Shown: positions 39,687 through 52,400, counted from the first letter of the stretch. The stretch is DNA of 64,000 nt from Octopus vulgaris (GCA_951406725.2 OX597833.1:6944001-7008000), one strand, 5' to 3'. A program made the numbers and translations. Notes: generated from the letters alone by a model not told the origin.

Positions 39687-39760
39687 TGCTTCTCAACGGA
39701 ACCGAACCACGTTTCTTCCGTGAACCGTACGACCACGTAACCAACCGCACCAAACGGAGT
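39687..39760 (-). pseudogene. tRNA-like relic followed by a T6 run
   Basis: Minus strand has TGGTGCGGTTGG (A-box-like) and GGTTCGGTTCC (B-box-like), ends ..AGAAGCA, and has TTTTTT 6 nt downstream. The cloverleaf stems are poor. Confidence 0.35.
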
Positions 39761-39894
39761 TTGATCGCACTAGTTCTACCAAGAACCGCCGACTAACATC
39801 ACTTACCTTGTGTCACTGTTTGAAGACGACTGGGTTCATAGATTTGGGCCTTGTCCGGAATTTCAAGACGTTTAGCGTTTGAGAATAGAGAACC

Positions 39895-40070
39895 CACACT
39901 CCACCCTGAACGGGGTGCCAGTGTGACGCAGGGTTAACTCCTGTGTGTCAACGGTATTCATTTCTCATCTCAGTGGACGTGGAAAACGTGAAATGAAGTG
40001 CCTTGCTTAAGGCACTTCAGTGTCTGGTCCAAGACCTAACGATCGTGAGCCACCCGGCTTAACATCTCCC
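39895..40070 (-). mobile_element. Degenerate CORE-type SINE
   Basis: Plus strand GGGGTGCCAGTGTGACGCAGGGTTAAC..GGTATTCATTT..GTGAAATGAAGTGCCTTGCTTAAGG is the reverse complement of a CORE-like body. Confidence 0.45.
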
Positions 40071-41004
40071 CACCACCATTCCCTGGCTCCTAGGGGCCCT
40101 TAATGGAATTCACTCCGGTGGAAATATTTCGACTACGATTCTGTTTTGTGCATACCTTCTTCCCTCCCTCTTTCCCACTCATAAACCTTGGATGTCCTAG
40201 AAAGTGTTACGGACACTGACTTCTCTCCTGACCAGGAAAATTTGGCTGCTGTTTCCAGCAAAGAAGAACGACCATGTAGAACCCCTCCTTAAGCTTCAGT
40301 CTTGGGCTCCAGTGGTTCCAAGTGTAACTGGGTGTCAGATTGTAAATAATATAACCAGGGTACAAGAGACTAATTAATTCACAACTTCTACAAGAAAATA
40401 GAATTAAACTATTACTTGTATAAATGTTACATTTTAATTGAAACCAGATAATTATTCTTTAATTGCCCGCTTGGCTTAAATTAATTACTGAAAGCCGTGT
40501 GATGGCTAAGCAATATTTCAAATTGTTGTTTATTGTTTAGAGCGTTGCGGTGTTAGATTATAGAAAGCAATTTATCGCCGACGTCGGTCGAGGAATGATT
40601 TTGGCAGAGGTTTGTACGTCAAGTGAGAAATGTCACATCTATTCGCATGTGATTGGCAACATTCCTGCTGGCAGGTGCATTTGTAAATTAAATTGGTTGT
40701 CATATTGAGTAATGAATGATTCCAGCAAAAGAACATCCTTTGTCAAATCGCTCCATGTAAGAAGATCTTTACGTAATTGAAGATAATTCTCTCTTCGGGT
40801 TCATTACAGTATAAAATCATTAATGAACATATATAACACGGGAATCGTGATGTTTAACTCCATTACAAGTCTCTCGTGCTTTTCTTAGTGAATCAGTTTA
40901 TTCTTGTTTTAGCCGCAAGGATTAAGTAACAATGATACTTTACTTCCAAAAATACTGACAAGAGACTAACGTTTTGTCCAAGAAGACATTTATTTATCCA
41001 TTTA

Positions 41005-41488
41005 CTAGCAGTATCGCCCGGCATTGCTCGGGTTTGTTTCGACCCTTTAGAATTGGAATTTTTGAAAAGTAAAACTTTTGGATTATGTAGCTTTAAGTGA
41101 ACATTTTTCTGGTTGAAATACGCCCAAAAATGGCGACACAGCAGTCAAAAAATCGTAATAATGGAATTACAACCGTGTTTCGTGGTCTGCTACCACAACA
41201 GCTCCTTTATAGGCTCCAGTTAGCTCAAGACATCATCAGGAGGAACCACGTCCGGTTTCGGCCCCTACTCCTCATAGTAAAAAAAGCACCTTTTTGATGT
41301 AAATAAATTTTGGTGTTAACATGGTCCGATTTGAATTTTATCTTCTACGGAATGAAGAGCAAGCCTTCTTCTATCATACTCTCAATTTTGGTCAACTTGC
41401 GCCGCAGGGTCTCGGAGGAGATAGTGTTAGTTGATGGCTACCAAACCTGCCATACACAGACAACTTCAGCTTTATATATAGAGAGAGA
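41005..41488 (-). mobile_element. Non-autonomous Helitron carrying an insert of about 110 bp
   Basis: Same family as 23753-24154 (5' TC, hairpin plus CTAG 3' end, A|T site), with extra sequence at about 41160-41271. Confidence 0.9.
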
Positions 41489-41511
41489 TTACAAAATAAA
41501 CCGAAGCTAAA

Positions 41512-41972
41512 CTAGAGAAGCAGGAAATGTCGCAAGCGATCGGCAACAAGTGATGGTGGGTTTCTTTGTAAAGACTTATGAGAGGACAATGATGAGTATT
41601 ATGCAGCCAAATAGTGATAGAAAACAGTAAATTAGACGAAGGGTGAGGATTAGAAGACTAAAAGAGGCGGTTAGAAAAACCCTTGCGGCCGATGAGGTCA
41701 ACACGGGACCCGGCCATTTCTCTGATGTGAAACAGTGGTTATGATTTAGGAGCTGAGACGTGTGTTTTAAGAGACGAAAGACTGAAAGTTGTTTGTGATA
41801 AGTCAAGATCCTTTTCCTAATCTCTTCTAATCTTCTGATAAACCCTTTTATCTGATTTATTATTCGCTATCACTACTTGATTGCAACAACTTCATGATTC
41901 TTCTTCCATTTGTCTCTACAAGAGATCCACCATCTGTTGTTGACGATTGCTTCCCTCGATTCCTGCTTAACT
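41512..41972. repeat. Old imperfect inverted repeat, arms about 150 bp, spacer about 160 bp
   Basis: 41512-41660 (AAGCAGGAA..GATGGTGG..TAGTGATAG..GATTAGAAGA) aligns with the reverse complement of 41820-41972. Confidence 0.75.
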
Positions 41973-43725
41973 ATTTTTGCTAATCCTGTCATGGCAGGCT
42001 TTCCACGATGTGCACAGCTTCGTCGCTAAGTCATTCTCCGTACCATCAACCGTACAGAACACAAACTCGTGCCCCGTGTTGCGGAGGAGCAGAAATTGTG
42101 CACAGCCTACGCTATTTTTATCAGCGAACATAAACAAACACTCAATCTAGACACGATCTGGACAATCCAATACGGTTCGCCATTTTTGTTTGTCACCAAT
42201 AACGGGCAGCACATTCCTAAGAATGCTTCTTGTCCCTGAAGAGGTTAGCTGCCCTGTTCCAGTCGGGAACAAACGGCCACTGGGCAAAAGACAGCATTAT
42301 CTTCCGGTTCAAGTCAACGATTTACTACCGGGTCCCTAGAAGATAGTCTTTCCTGAAACAACTTTACCCCTTCGTCCGATCTGGGTCGACTTAAAGTTAA
42401 ATGCATCTTGAAGTTGTCTTGAAGGAATCTGAGTTTTGGGACTCATTGCAAGGGGTTCCCTTGGCACCACCAGATTTTCGTCTGAAGTAATTATTTCGTT
42501 TCTTTCACACAAGGAACGGAATTTTGGTGATGATCTGTGAAGTATGATGGAAATAGAGAATCTAGAGTGGTTGTGGTAGGGGGGCAAAGTGGGTGAGTAA
42601 TAATGCTAAGGTGTTGTGACTGGTGGTGGTGGTAGTGGTGGTGGTGGTGGTGCTGTTGCTACTGCTGCTGGGAGCGGTGGTGGTGGTGATGGTGACGGCG
42701 CGATACAATGTTGATACTAGTTAAAGTAGTAGTGGTCATACCACTGTAGGTAGAAGCAGAACTACACACAGTGGTGGGGGTGGAGTGATGGCGGTGGTGG
42801 TGGTGGTGGTAGTGGCGGTGGTGTTAGTGGTAGCGGTGATGGTGATATTAGGACTGGTAGTAGCGGTGGCAGTTTGGTGCTGGTGAGGTAGGGGTATAGC
42901 GGTAATAGTATACTCTGTGGTGGTGGAGATGGTGGTGGTGATGGTGGTGTTGGTGATGGTTGAGGTGAAAGTAAAGTTACGCATTAAATGCTATTCCCGC
43001 CACCACGACCACCCCCATCAAACCACTACCATCTCCAACACCTCTACCACTAACATCACCACCACCACTACCACCACCCAATTACAGCGTCACCATCCAT
43101 CATCACTAACGTCACCATCACTGCCAATGCCAACCCCATCGTGACGACCACCACTCACTACACCTTCACCACCATCATTAGGCAACCACCACCACCACCA
43201 CAACCACTAACAGCGCTACCATCATCAGCACCAACCATCACTAGCAACCCCACCACCACCACCACCACCACCACCACCGCAACCATCAGTGGCACCTCCT
43301 CATCACCGGCTCGACCCCCCCCCCCCCCCCCCCACGCCCACCCCTCCTCGCCAGGGCTCCCACCGTCCCTCCATCATCCCGCCATCCATTACACACTCAA
43401 GAAAATGAAGTCAACTCCGATTCTTACGTCACGCATAACTCACCACCAGCCCCCAACACCACCACCACCACCACCACCGCCACCACCACCACCACCACCA
43501 CCACCACCACCACCACCACCACTGCCACTGCCACCACGCATCTGTCAGCATCTGCCATTCCATCACCACCGCCGCCTCCACCCTCGAACACACACACACA
43601 CTCATATGCTAATATATATATATATACACATATATATATACACATATATATATATACACATATATATATACATATATATATATATATACACATATATATA
43701 TATATATACACATATATATATATAT

Positions 43726-43780
<55 letters not shown>

Positions 43781-43869
43781 TATATACACATATATATATA
43801 TACACATATATATATACATATATATATATATACACATATATATATATATATACACATATATATATATAT

Positions 43870-43924
<55 letters not shown>

Positions 43925-44456
43925 TATATACACATATATATATACACATATATATACACATATATATATACACATATATATATACATATAAACATTTATA
44001 TATATATATATATGTTTAAAAGTATATATATATATATATACACACATATATACCTATGTGTTCTATACCTGCCCCTTTCCAGCCTGTCTGTGTGTCTATT
44101 CCACTCGCACCCCCCTCTCCACCCACCCGCTCTCCACCCCCTTTCCACCCGGCCCCCACCCCCACACTTTCTGTCTCTCTACTTAGACATCAGCAGTGAC
44201 GGAAGAACAAAGAAGAGGCGAGGAATAACTGTTGCTAAGAAGTGTAGAGGGGGTCCCTGCGAGCAACGGAGCAAGGGAGCAAGGGAGCAGCGAGTTAGGG
44301 GCTGGTTTTCTATATACTTGTTTTTTTTTTGCATTTTTTTCTTTTATTTTTTTTAAAACTTTTATCTTTTTATATTCTTCATTTATTTTTATGTTTTTTT
44401 TTGAAGGATCGTGTGCCTGCTGCCTCTGCTGGTGGAAGGAGGTGACAATGGCACAC

Positions 44457-44521
<65 letters not shown>

Positions 44522-44622
44522 TACACACACACATGTACACACACACACACACGTGCAAATATACTACATGCAACAGATATGCATATGTACAAACATTTAT
44601 GTATGTTTGTATATATACATAT

Positions 44623-44677
<55 letters not shown>

Positions 44678-44714
44678 TACATATATATATTTATGTATAT
44701 ATGTATATGTGTGC

Positions 44715-44771
<57 letters not shown>

Positions 44772-44774
44772 CAT

Positions 44775-44818
<44 letters not shown>

Positions 44819-45239
44819 GAGTAGACACTCATACATATATACACTCACAAACACTCCAGCACTGTGCGCATGTGTACCCAGGCAGAAATGCTTGCGCACG
44901 CGTACATGCGTGTGTGTGAGTGTGTGTGTCAGTGTTTGTACGTGTGTATATAGGAGTGAGGTAAAGATGCACTTGCAGACAGATTGTTTGGTAGTTAGAC
45001 AAAGAGTGTATATACAGATGTACATAGGTGTATATGTAAGTGTGTGTCTGGTGGTAGTGGTGGTGGTGGTAGTGGTGGTGGTGGTGGTGGTGGTGGTGGT
45101 GGTAGTGGTGGTGGTAACATCAATGAGACAAAAGTCGACAGAAGTCAAAATCTTTGTCGAAAATATATTATATGAAGAAATCCACCGACGACACCCGTGT
45201 ATGTGTGTGTGTGTGTGTGGATATATATATATATATCAT

Positions 45240-45595
45240 AGTACTCCGTCGGTTACGACGACAAGGGTTCCAGTTGATCCGATCAACGGAACAGCCTGCT
45301 CGTGAAATTTACGTGTAAGTGACTGAGCACTCCACAGACACGTGTACCCTTAACGTAGTTCTCGGGGGAGATTCAGTATGACACAGAGTGTGACAAGGAT
45401 GGCCCTTTGAAAATACAGGTACAACAGAAACAGGAAGAAATATTGAGAGAAAGTTGTGGTGAAAGAGTGCAGCAGGGTTCGCCACCATCCCTTTCCGGAG
45501 CCGCGTGGAGCTTTAGGTGTTTTCGTTCAATAAGCACTCACAACACCCGGTCTGGGAATCGAAACCTCGATCTTACGACCGCGAGTCCGCTACCC
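45240..45595 (-). mobile_element. SINE family B (tail type 2)
   Basis: Head and middle match 4338-4520, but the 3' half differs (..ACACGTGTCTGTGGAGTGCTCAG..GATCGGATCAACTGGAACCC). Another copy lies at 51675-51950. Confidence 0.85.
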
Positions 45596-46027
45596 AGACC
45601 AGGCATTGTAAGTGTTTATTGAGCGAAAACACCTAAAGCTCCAGACACACGACGGGGCCTCTTTCAATTTCTGTGTACGAAGTCCACTTATAAGGCTTCG
45701 GTCGGCCCAGGGCTATAATGGAAGAGACTTGCCAAAATTGTCACGCTGTGGGAGTGAATGCGAAACCCAGTGATTGGGAGGCAAACCTCTTACCGCGCGG
45801 TCCCATGGTGGGTTTGTGGTTGAGTATTATGGTCAACGTCCAGAAACCCTTGACCTGAACATACTAGAAGGCCACAGCCATTGAAACGAAGACGGCAACC
45901 AATGCGGACGGGAGCCACAATCAATGAAATGAAAGGGTTCTATTATTTGGGGCCAAGTTTTACAGATATAAGAGTTGGAATGGCAGGCAAACCATCTTTC
46001 GCAGTGGTTGCAATTTTTAGCACTTAC

Positions 46028-47718
46028 CAAATTGTGTACATATTAGGTTTATTTTCCTTGATCAGCTTTCGTCTTTCTTTAAGAAAGAACAGTTGGCTGT
46101 GGCTCGTGTGTAATAGCAAAAACGAAAATGTAGTTTGGAAAACGAAGATGAGAGTTTGCGACTTATCCTTTGGGATGAGCCCTCGTTGTTTTACTTGAAA
46201 ACAGATGAGCGCAAAGAAAGAAATTGTAGATGAATGTTTGAAGAGGTGGTTAGATGTCTCAACAAGTGGTAAGATGTAGTAGTTAGATGTGATTAAGTGT
46301 CTCTGATGAAATATCTCCAGTGCCCTGCATGTTTTTAAAGGGGAAATTACCAGAAGCTCATATAACATTCAGGGGCTTTTCCCCTTAAAATAATCTTTGT
46401 TTCTTGTGGTGTGTTCACGTGAAAATTCCGTTGCCTGAACAGAATTTTCCATAAACATGAATGTGAGAAACTTTTGGACATGTCTCTCACGAACCTCTTA
46501 GTCACCAAGAGAACCGTTTTCCGAAGACTTGATGAATAATTTCATTCATTTTTGCCCGTATTGAGGGTGGGTTGTATACATGTACATCTCTGTATAAAGT
46601 GGGAACAAAAGACTCTTGCTTAACAACCTCATGTCACTGAATTTCGATGTGATGACCATCAGTACGATCAACTGATGCTTGCAAAGTTCAGCATGCCGTG
46701 ACATGCGCTGCTGTTGTCCAGCTCAAACTTAGCCATAGAGTACTCCACGAATGTCTACCACACTACAACTGGCCGCCGTCCATGAATCGCCGCGTATCTG
46801 CAACGATACTTAAAGGATTTGTTATTGCGGTGGGGTTGCCGCTGGTGAAGAAAATAAACTGAGTTGGTTGAACTCTGTAAAAACAATGACTGGGGTCACA
46901 ATACGCGTTTCTAAACAGAGAGAGGAGTTAGAGTTTTTACTGGAACTTGAATTCACTTGATGCTCAGGAGTTTTGGACAAACTGCAAGGGAAAGATAAAA
47001 TGTTGCTAGAAAATTGTCGTAAGCCACTGAGAAAGCAAACCATTACATCTGGTTCAAGGGAGGAGACGAGTGATGCAGCAAGAACAAGCCGGAGGATGAC
47101 AGGAACGTTTGACTCGGAGAAGCAACGCCTGGCTCAACAAAGCTGGTGCTGTGGTGCAGGAGTTTTGTGGCCTTGATTGGTGGGAGACCCGGATCGCTCT
47201 GGTGTCGAGATGGAAGGGAGAGAAATGCCAACGGACGCAGCACCCTCAACACACAAGGGTTTATGTGAAAATGTTATCCTTCAGACTATTTCTTTGACTG
47301 AGCTGCCGTCCTGGGTTCAGTAAATGGTTTAGTATTGGGCACCAGATAGTTGGGAGGTCGTTGGATGGTCTTAGTTCTCTACGGTCAGGGAACAGGGCAC
47401 GTGATATGTCAACCTTTACAATGTATAAAAGGGCTAAAGCGACGAGGATCTTTCGTAAAATGCTAGACCTCGACAAAGTAATTAGCTTGTCCCGGAGGGA
47501 TTTTTCGATCCTGTGGACGTTGGAGAGCCCCGGACAGCTAGTAAGTGACGGTAGCAGAGGCGGTGGCGGTGGCGGTGGTTGTGACGGTTGTGGTGGTAAT
47601 GTGGGAGGAGATGGGGTCGGGTCCTTCAGCTGTGACAAATCAAATGAAATGAGAAAGTTCAGAGTCAACAGAAGGGAGTCATCTATCAACAGAGAGAGAC
47701 AAGAGGGAAAACCGAAGT
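46028..47718 (-). ncRNA. Candidate 1.7-kb first exon (lncRNA or long 5' UTR)
   Basis: Essentially repeat-free unique sequence bounded by TATA+Inr (47747/47718) and a consensus donor TTG|GTAAGTG at 46028/46027. No long ATG-initiated ORF. Confidence 0.45.
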
Positions 47719-47750
47719 AGATGGGCGCTCGGTGACGCTTCCTTATAAAT
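47714..47750 (-). promoter_or_regulatory. Candidate Pol II core promoter (TATA plus Inr)
   Basis: Minus strand TATAAGG starts at 47747. CTACTTC (YYANWYY) has its A at 47718, 29 nt downstream. A TGACG half-CRE lies between them. Confidence 0.45.
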
Positions 47751-47776
47751 TATACATCAACGGTCACAGTATATAC

Positions 47777-47808
47777 AGGGAGAGAGAGAGAGATAGATAT
47801 ATATATAT

Positions 47809-47872
<64 letters not shown>

Positions 47873-47896
47873 AGAGAGATAGAGAGAAAGAGAGAT

Positions 47897-47960
<64 letters not shown>

Positions 47961-48136
47961 TAGAGAGAAAGAGAGAAAGAGAGAGGGAGAGGGAGAGAGA
48001 AAGAGAAAGCGAGCGAGAGAGAGAGAGAGAGAAAAAGAGAGAGAGAGAGAGAGGGAAAGAGAGAGAGAAAGAGAAAGAGAGAGAGAAAAAGAGAGAGAGA
48101 GGGAGAGAGAGAAAGAGAGAGAGTGAGAGAGAGAGG

Positions 48137-48167
<31 letters not shown>

Positions 48168-48174
48168 AGAGAGA
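47777..48174. repeat. About 400-bp polypurine (GA)n-rich tract
   Basis: Almost pure A/G on the plus strand, apart from a short TA run near its start. Confidence 0.95.
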
Positions 48175-48231
48175 TGCGCCAACATTCGCACACACACAAT
48201 ACACACTGTCCCTTCTTACATCATTTATAAA

Positions 48232-48265
<34 letters not shown>

Positions 48266-48569
48266 GTACGCTCACGCACTCATGGTTGCATGCATGTTGC
48301 ATACAGCATAGGCACGTGCAGGCACGCGCGCCTGCCTGTGTGTGTGTGTGTGTGTGTGTGTGTGCTTAAGGTGTATTTCTGTGAGGTAGGGGGCAGCACA
48401 GGGTTTCAATTATGTATGATCTTTGAGTACACATAAACACAGCAACTATCAAAACACTCCTACATCAAATGTCTTCTGCCTCTCTCCTTTTATCTACTTA
48501 ACTCCCCCTCTCTCCCTCTCACTCTCTCTCTCTCACTGCCTCTCTCTCGATATACTTACATATATAATA

Positions 48570-48601
<32 letters not shown>

Positions 48602-48657
48602 AGTATATATATATGTATAAATATATATCACATATGTGAAACTCTACTTAATTTTTC

Positions 48658-48691
<34 letters not shown>

Positions 48692-48887
48692 TTGTCTCTA
48701 TATATGTGTGGTTGTGTGTGTGTGTGGTTGTGTGCGTGGTTGTGTGTGTCTGTGTGTGTGTGTGAGTGTGCGCTTTTCTATATTTCTCTCTCTTGGTTTA
48801 ACTGTTTATCTGTCTATCATACGCACAGTGTGTATATATATATACATACATACATACATACATACATACACACACGCACACACACAG

Positions 48888-48945
<58 letters not shown>

Positions 48946-49258
48946 TCACACTCACACACACAGATATGTGTGTTTGTGTGTGTGTGTGTGTGTTGTTGTT
49001 GTTGTTGTTGTTCTCATTGAACCGAGATGAAAGAAATGTGAAGTGGACTTCAGTAGGATTTGATCTCGGGATGATGAAAGATGAAATCAACAACTGCCAA
49101 AGACACACACATCTGGTCCGTCCAGCGCTCTACCGATTCTGCCAACTCACCAACCGACCCAACTGTGGCATTAACTATTTACAGCCAAGCATCCATCATT
49201 GTTATCATCACAATCCTCTACTGCCTCCTCCTCCTCCTCCTCCTCCTCCCCCTCTTCC

Positions 49259-49301
<43 letters not shown>

Positions 49302-49434
49302 ATAAGTAGAGTACACACGTCCTTGTTTGTAAGATATCAAAGCACACACGTTTGCATATGCACACAGCCACATGCATGATCATATACAGCGGTATAGCTG
49401 TCCTACATATAAGTACATATATATATGTATATAT

Positions 49435-49583
<149 letters not shown>

Positions 49584-49690
49584 TATATGTACATATATAT
49601 ATGTACATATATATATATATATGTATATATATACATATATATTCATATATATATATATATACACTCACATATATATACATATATACATAT

Positions 49691-49746
<56 letters not shown>

Positions 49747-50528
49747 GTATAAATGAATACAATGCACACAGCCACACTTTTATATACACCCAGTAGAACA
49801 CATGTCATCGTTGTTTGTGATCTATCAATAAAATATCAACACAATATGACAACAATATCAACAACAACTTGACGGAAAATTAAATACACTGAGGGTGGGT
49901 CTGTGCGTCTGTGTGTGTGTATGTGTGTGTGTGTGTGCGTGTGTGTGTGTGTGTGTGCATGTATGTGCATGTATGTGTGTCTGTGTGTTTAATTGTATAG
50001 AATGAATGATTAAAGTGTTTTGTGATTAACACGTCTCTCACCCCCCCCCCCCCCACACACACACACACGCACACATACACATCTGACCCCCATCCATTTC
50101 TGCTGTCACATCAAGGTAAGGGCCGGTGACAATGAGGACCGCTACCCCCACCACCACCACCACCACCACCACCATTACCACTGCCACAACCTGTACCCTT
50201 ATGAAAAGCTTCAATTTTCCACCACCGACACACGCCACCACCACATCACACCACGCCTCGCCACCATAACACTAATGAATAATTAAACCCTGTGACGACC
50301 AAGGGACATTTCCTTAATTAATAGATACCCTAATTACCACCACCACCACCACCACCACCAACCTACCACCCACAGCGTCCCTCCTCCACCACCACCATCA
50401 CCCCACCCTCTGCACAAACAGCATCACGACCACCACACGTCACCGTCAAATCAAACACCAACATTGTCACCACTAGATCCGTCGCGCTACAATCACCACC
50501 ACCACCACCATCACAACAACAACAACAA

Positions 50529-50562
<34 letters not shown>

Positions 50563-51378
50563 CAACACTGTCACGCTAAAGACACACACCACTCAACACA
50601 CACCAACACCACCAACAAGCGCAGCAGTCACCACCACCACCGTGGCCTTCATTGACCATTACCTTGCAAATGGGCTTATGTAGCCGGAAACTGTGTGGAA
50701 GCCTGCCATATATATATATGTGTGTGTGGAAGTGTAAATATATATATATATATGTATGAAATGAAATAAATGAAAAACAGGATGCAAAGGATGTTGCGGT
50801 ACATATGTTTCGGGCTTTATAGAACAACTTATTCTTACATCAATGCATAATCGACATAACAGATAGATCAAAAGCCTTCTTCAGCCACGTGCAATTGCTA
50901 CACCAAAGACTTGTATCACATTATAAAAGGTTTGAGAAGAAACATTTGGTATTGTTTATAATGGTAGGTAAACCGAGTATCACTGGGAAAGTAAGTTTGT
51001 AAATCTTCATAGGCGTACAAGATTTATACCTAACTCTATGTCTTTCTCCAAGTTAAGGGTAAAAATAAAGCAACCCTGCAAAACACAAATAATCTTTACA
51101 CACAGACGCACAGAATAACAGAAAGCGGAGATCACAACAAACACCAGCGATCTGACTGTCGCCTGTATTCTTGACAATAGATACCAGTTAGTCTTTTACA
51201 CCTACAAGGCTCGTTCGTATTAGCCCAGGCTGTTGGATAATTTTCCGTTCCTTTGAGAATATTGTAGAACGGAAGCATTTCATAGAATGGAATTTAAATC
51301 CTAATCTCTACAGAAATGTATTGTTTCAAGAAAAAATTGAATTTGAATTGCTTTAAATTTTTACGATTATTGATAACA

Positions 51379-51647
51379 ACTCGGGCTGTAACTTTTGAGC
51401 CCGAGTCTGGCACATGTGAATGATGTCGAGAGAACGTCTGCTACGAATGATATTTTTTGACACAGGGCACCTCTAAGACGACCGCCAGACACTGAACGAA
51501 AATCATGACCTGCGATCAGGCTCAATAGAAGGAGTTATTGACTTCAGTCACAAACTTGAAGTCAGTGCTGGCAGAAATCAAGTCAGCGTGCAAATACAGG
51601 TTCACTTTATTAAATTTATACTCGGGTTAAGCCCGAACAGCCCGAGT
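51379..51647. other. 269-bp segment bounded by ACTCGGG(C/T)T-N10-AGCCCGAGT palindromes
   Basis: Palindromes at 51379-51406 and 51620-51647; a third, TGACTTCA-N10-TGAAGTCA, at 51539-51564. Confidence 0.6.
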
Positions 51648-51674
51648 GCCGGTGTCGCCACAGATATGACCTGT

Positions 51675-51950
51675 GGCACTCCGTCGGGTTACGACGACGA
51701 GGGTTTCAGTTGATCCGATCAATGGAACAGCTTGCTTGTGAAATTAACGTGTAAGTGGCTGAGCACTCCACAGACACGTGTACCCTTAACGTAGTTCTCG
51801 GGGAGATTCGGCGTGACAGGGCTGGCCCTTTGAAATACAGGTACAACAGAAACAGGAAGAAAGAGTGAGAGAAAGCTGTGGTGAAGGAGTACACCAGAGT
51901 TCAACCCCACCTCTGCCAGAGCTTCGTGAAACTTTAGGTGTTTTCGCTTG
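51675..51950 (-). mobile_element. SINE family B (tail type 2), head truncated
   Basis: Colinear with 45240-45530. Confidence 0.85.
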
Positions 51951-52184
51951 TTTTTTTATTATTATTTAAATTCTGAAGAAGGAACCATCAAAGCTACAAA
52001 GTTCCATCGTGAGAATGCAGATAACGAAAGCTGCGTCACGTTTTAAACTTGAGAAAAGTCTTGTATATTTTCATTGTTCCTCTTACAGAATGTAATGTGC
52101 TGCGAGTATATTTCTGTATGTACGTATGTATGTTTGTATGTATGTATCATACTAATGGTCGGACTCGAACTAGATAAAGCTATA

Positions 52185-52400
52185 AATTTTGGTACAAGGC
52201 TATCAGTTTTGAGGGGGTGGAGTTCATCGATTACATCGACCCTAGTGACCAACTGGTACTCATTTTAATTGTCTCCAAAAAAGAATGGAAGGCAGTGTCG
52301 AACTCGGAAAGTCGAACTCAGAACTCAGAAGGTGATGGACGGGAAGAAATGCCGCTAAGCTTTTTGTCCGACGCACTGACAATTCAGCCAGCGCACGGCC
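52185..52400 (-). mobile_element. Diverged SINE family C
   Basis: TTACATCGACCCTAGT..AACTGGTACT..GAACTCAGAA..GAAATGCCGCTAAGC..ATTCAGCCAGC. Confidence 0.65.

Noticed and set aside
43141-43600. Pro/Thr-rich formin- or mucin-like ORF (also 5614-6360)
   Set aside because: Derived from (CAC)n/(GGT)n repeats, with no splice context or domain.
47261-47689. 142-aa minus ORF with a proline run
   Set aside because: It starts at a non-ATG codon, has no recognisable domain and overlaps an equally uninformative plus ORF. Better explained as UTR or non-coding sequence.
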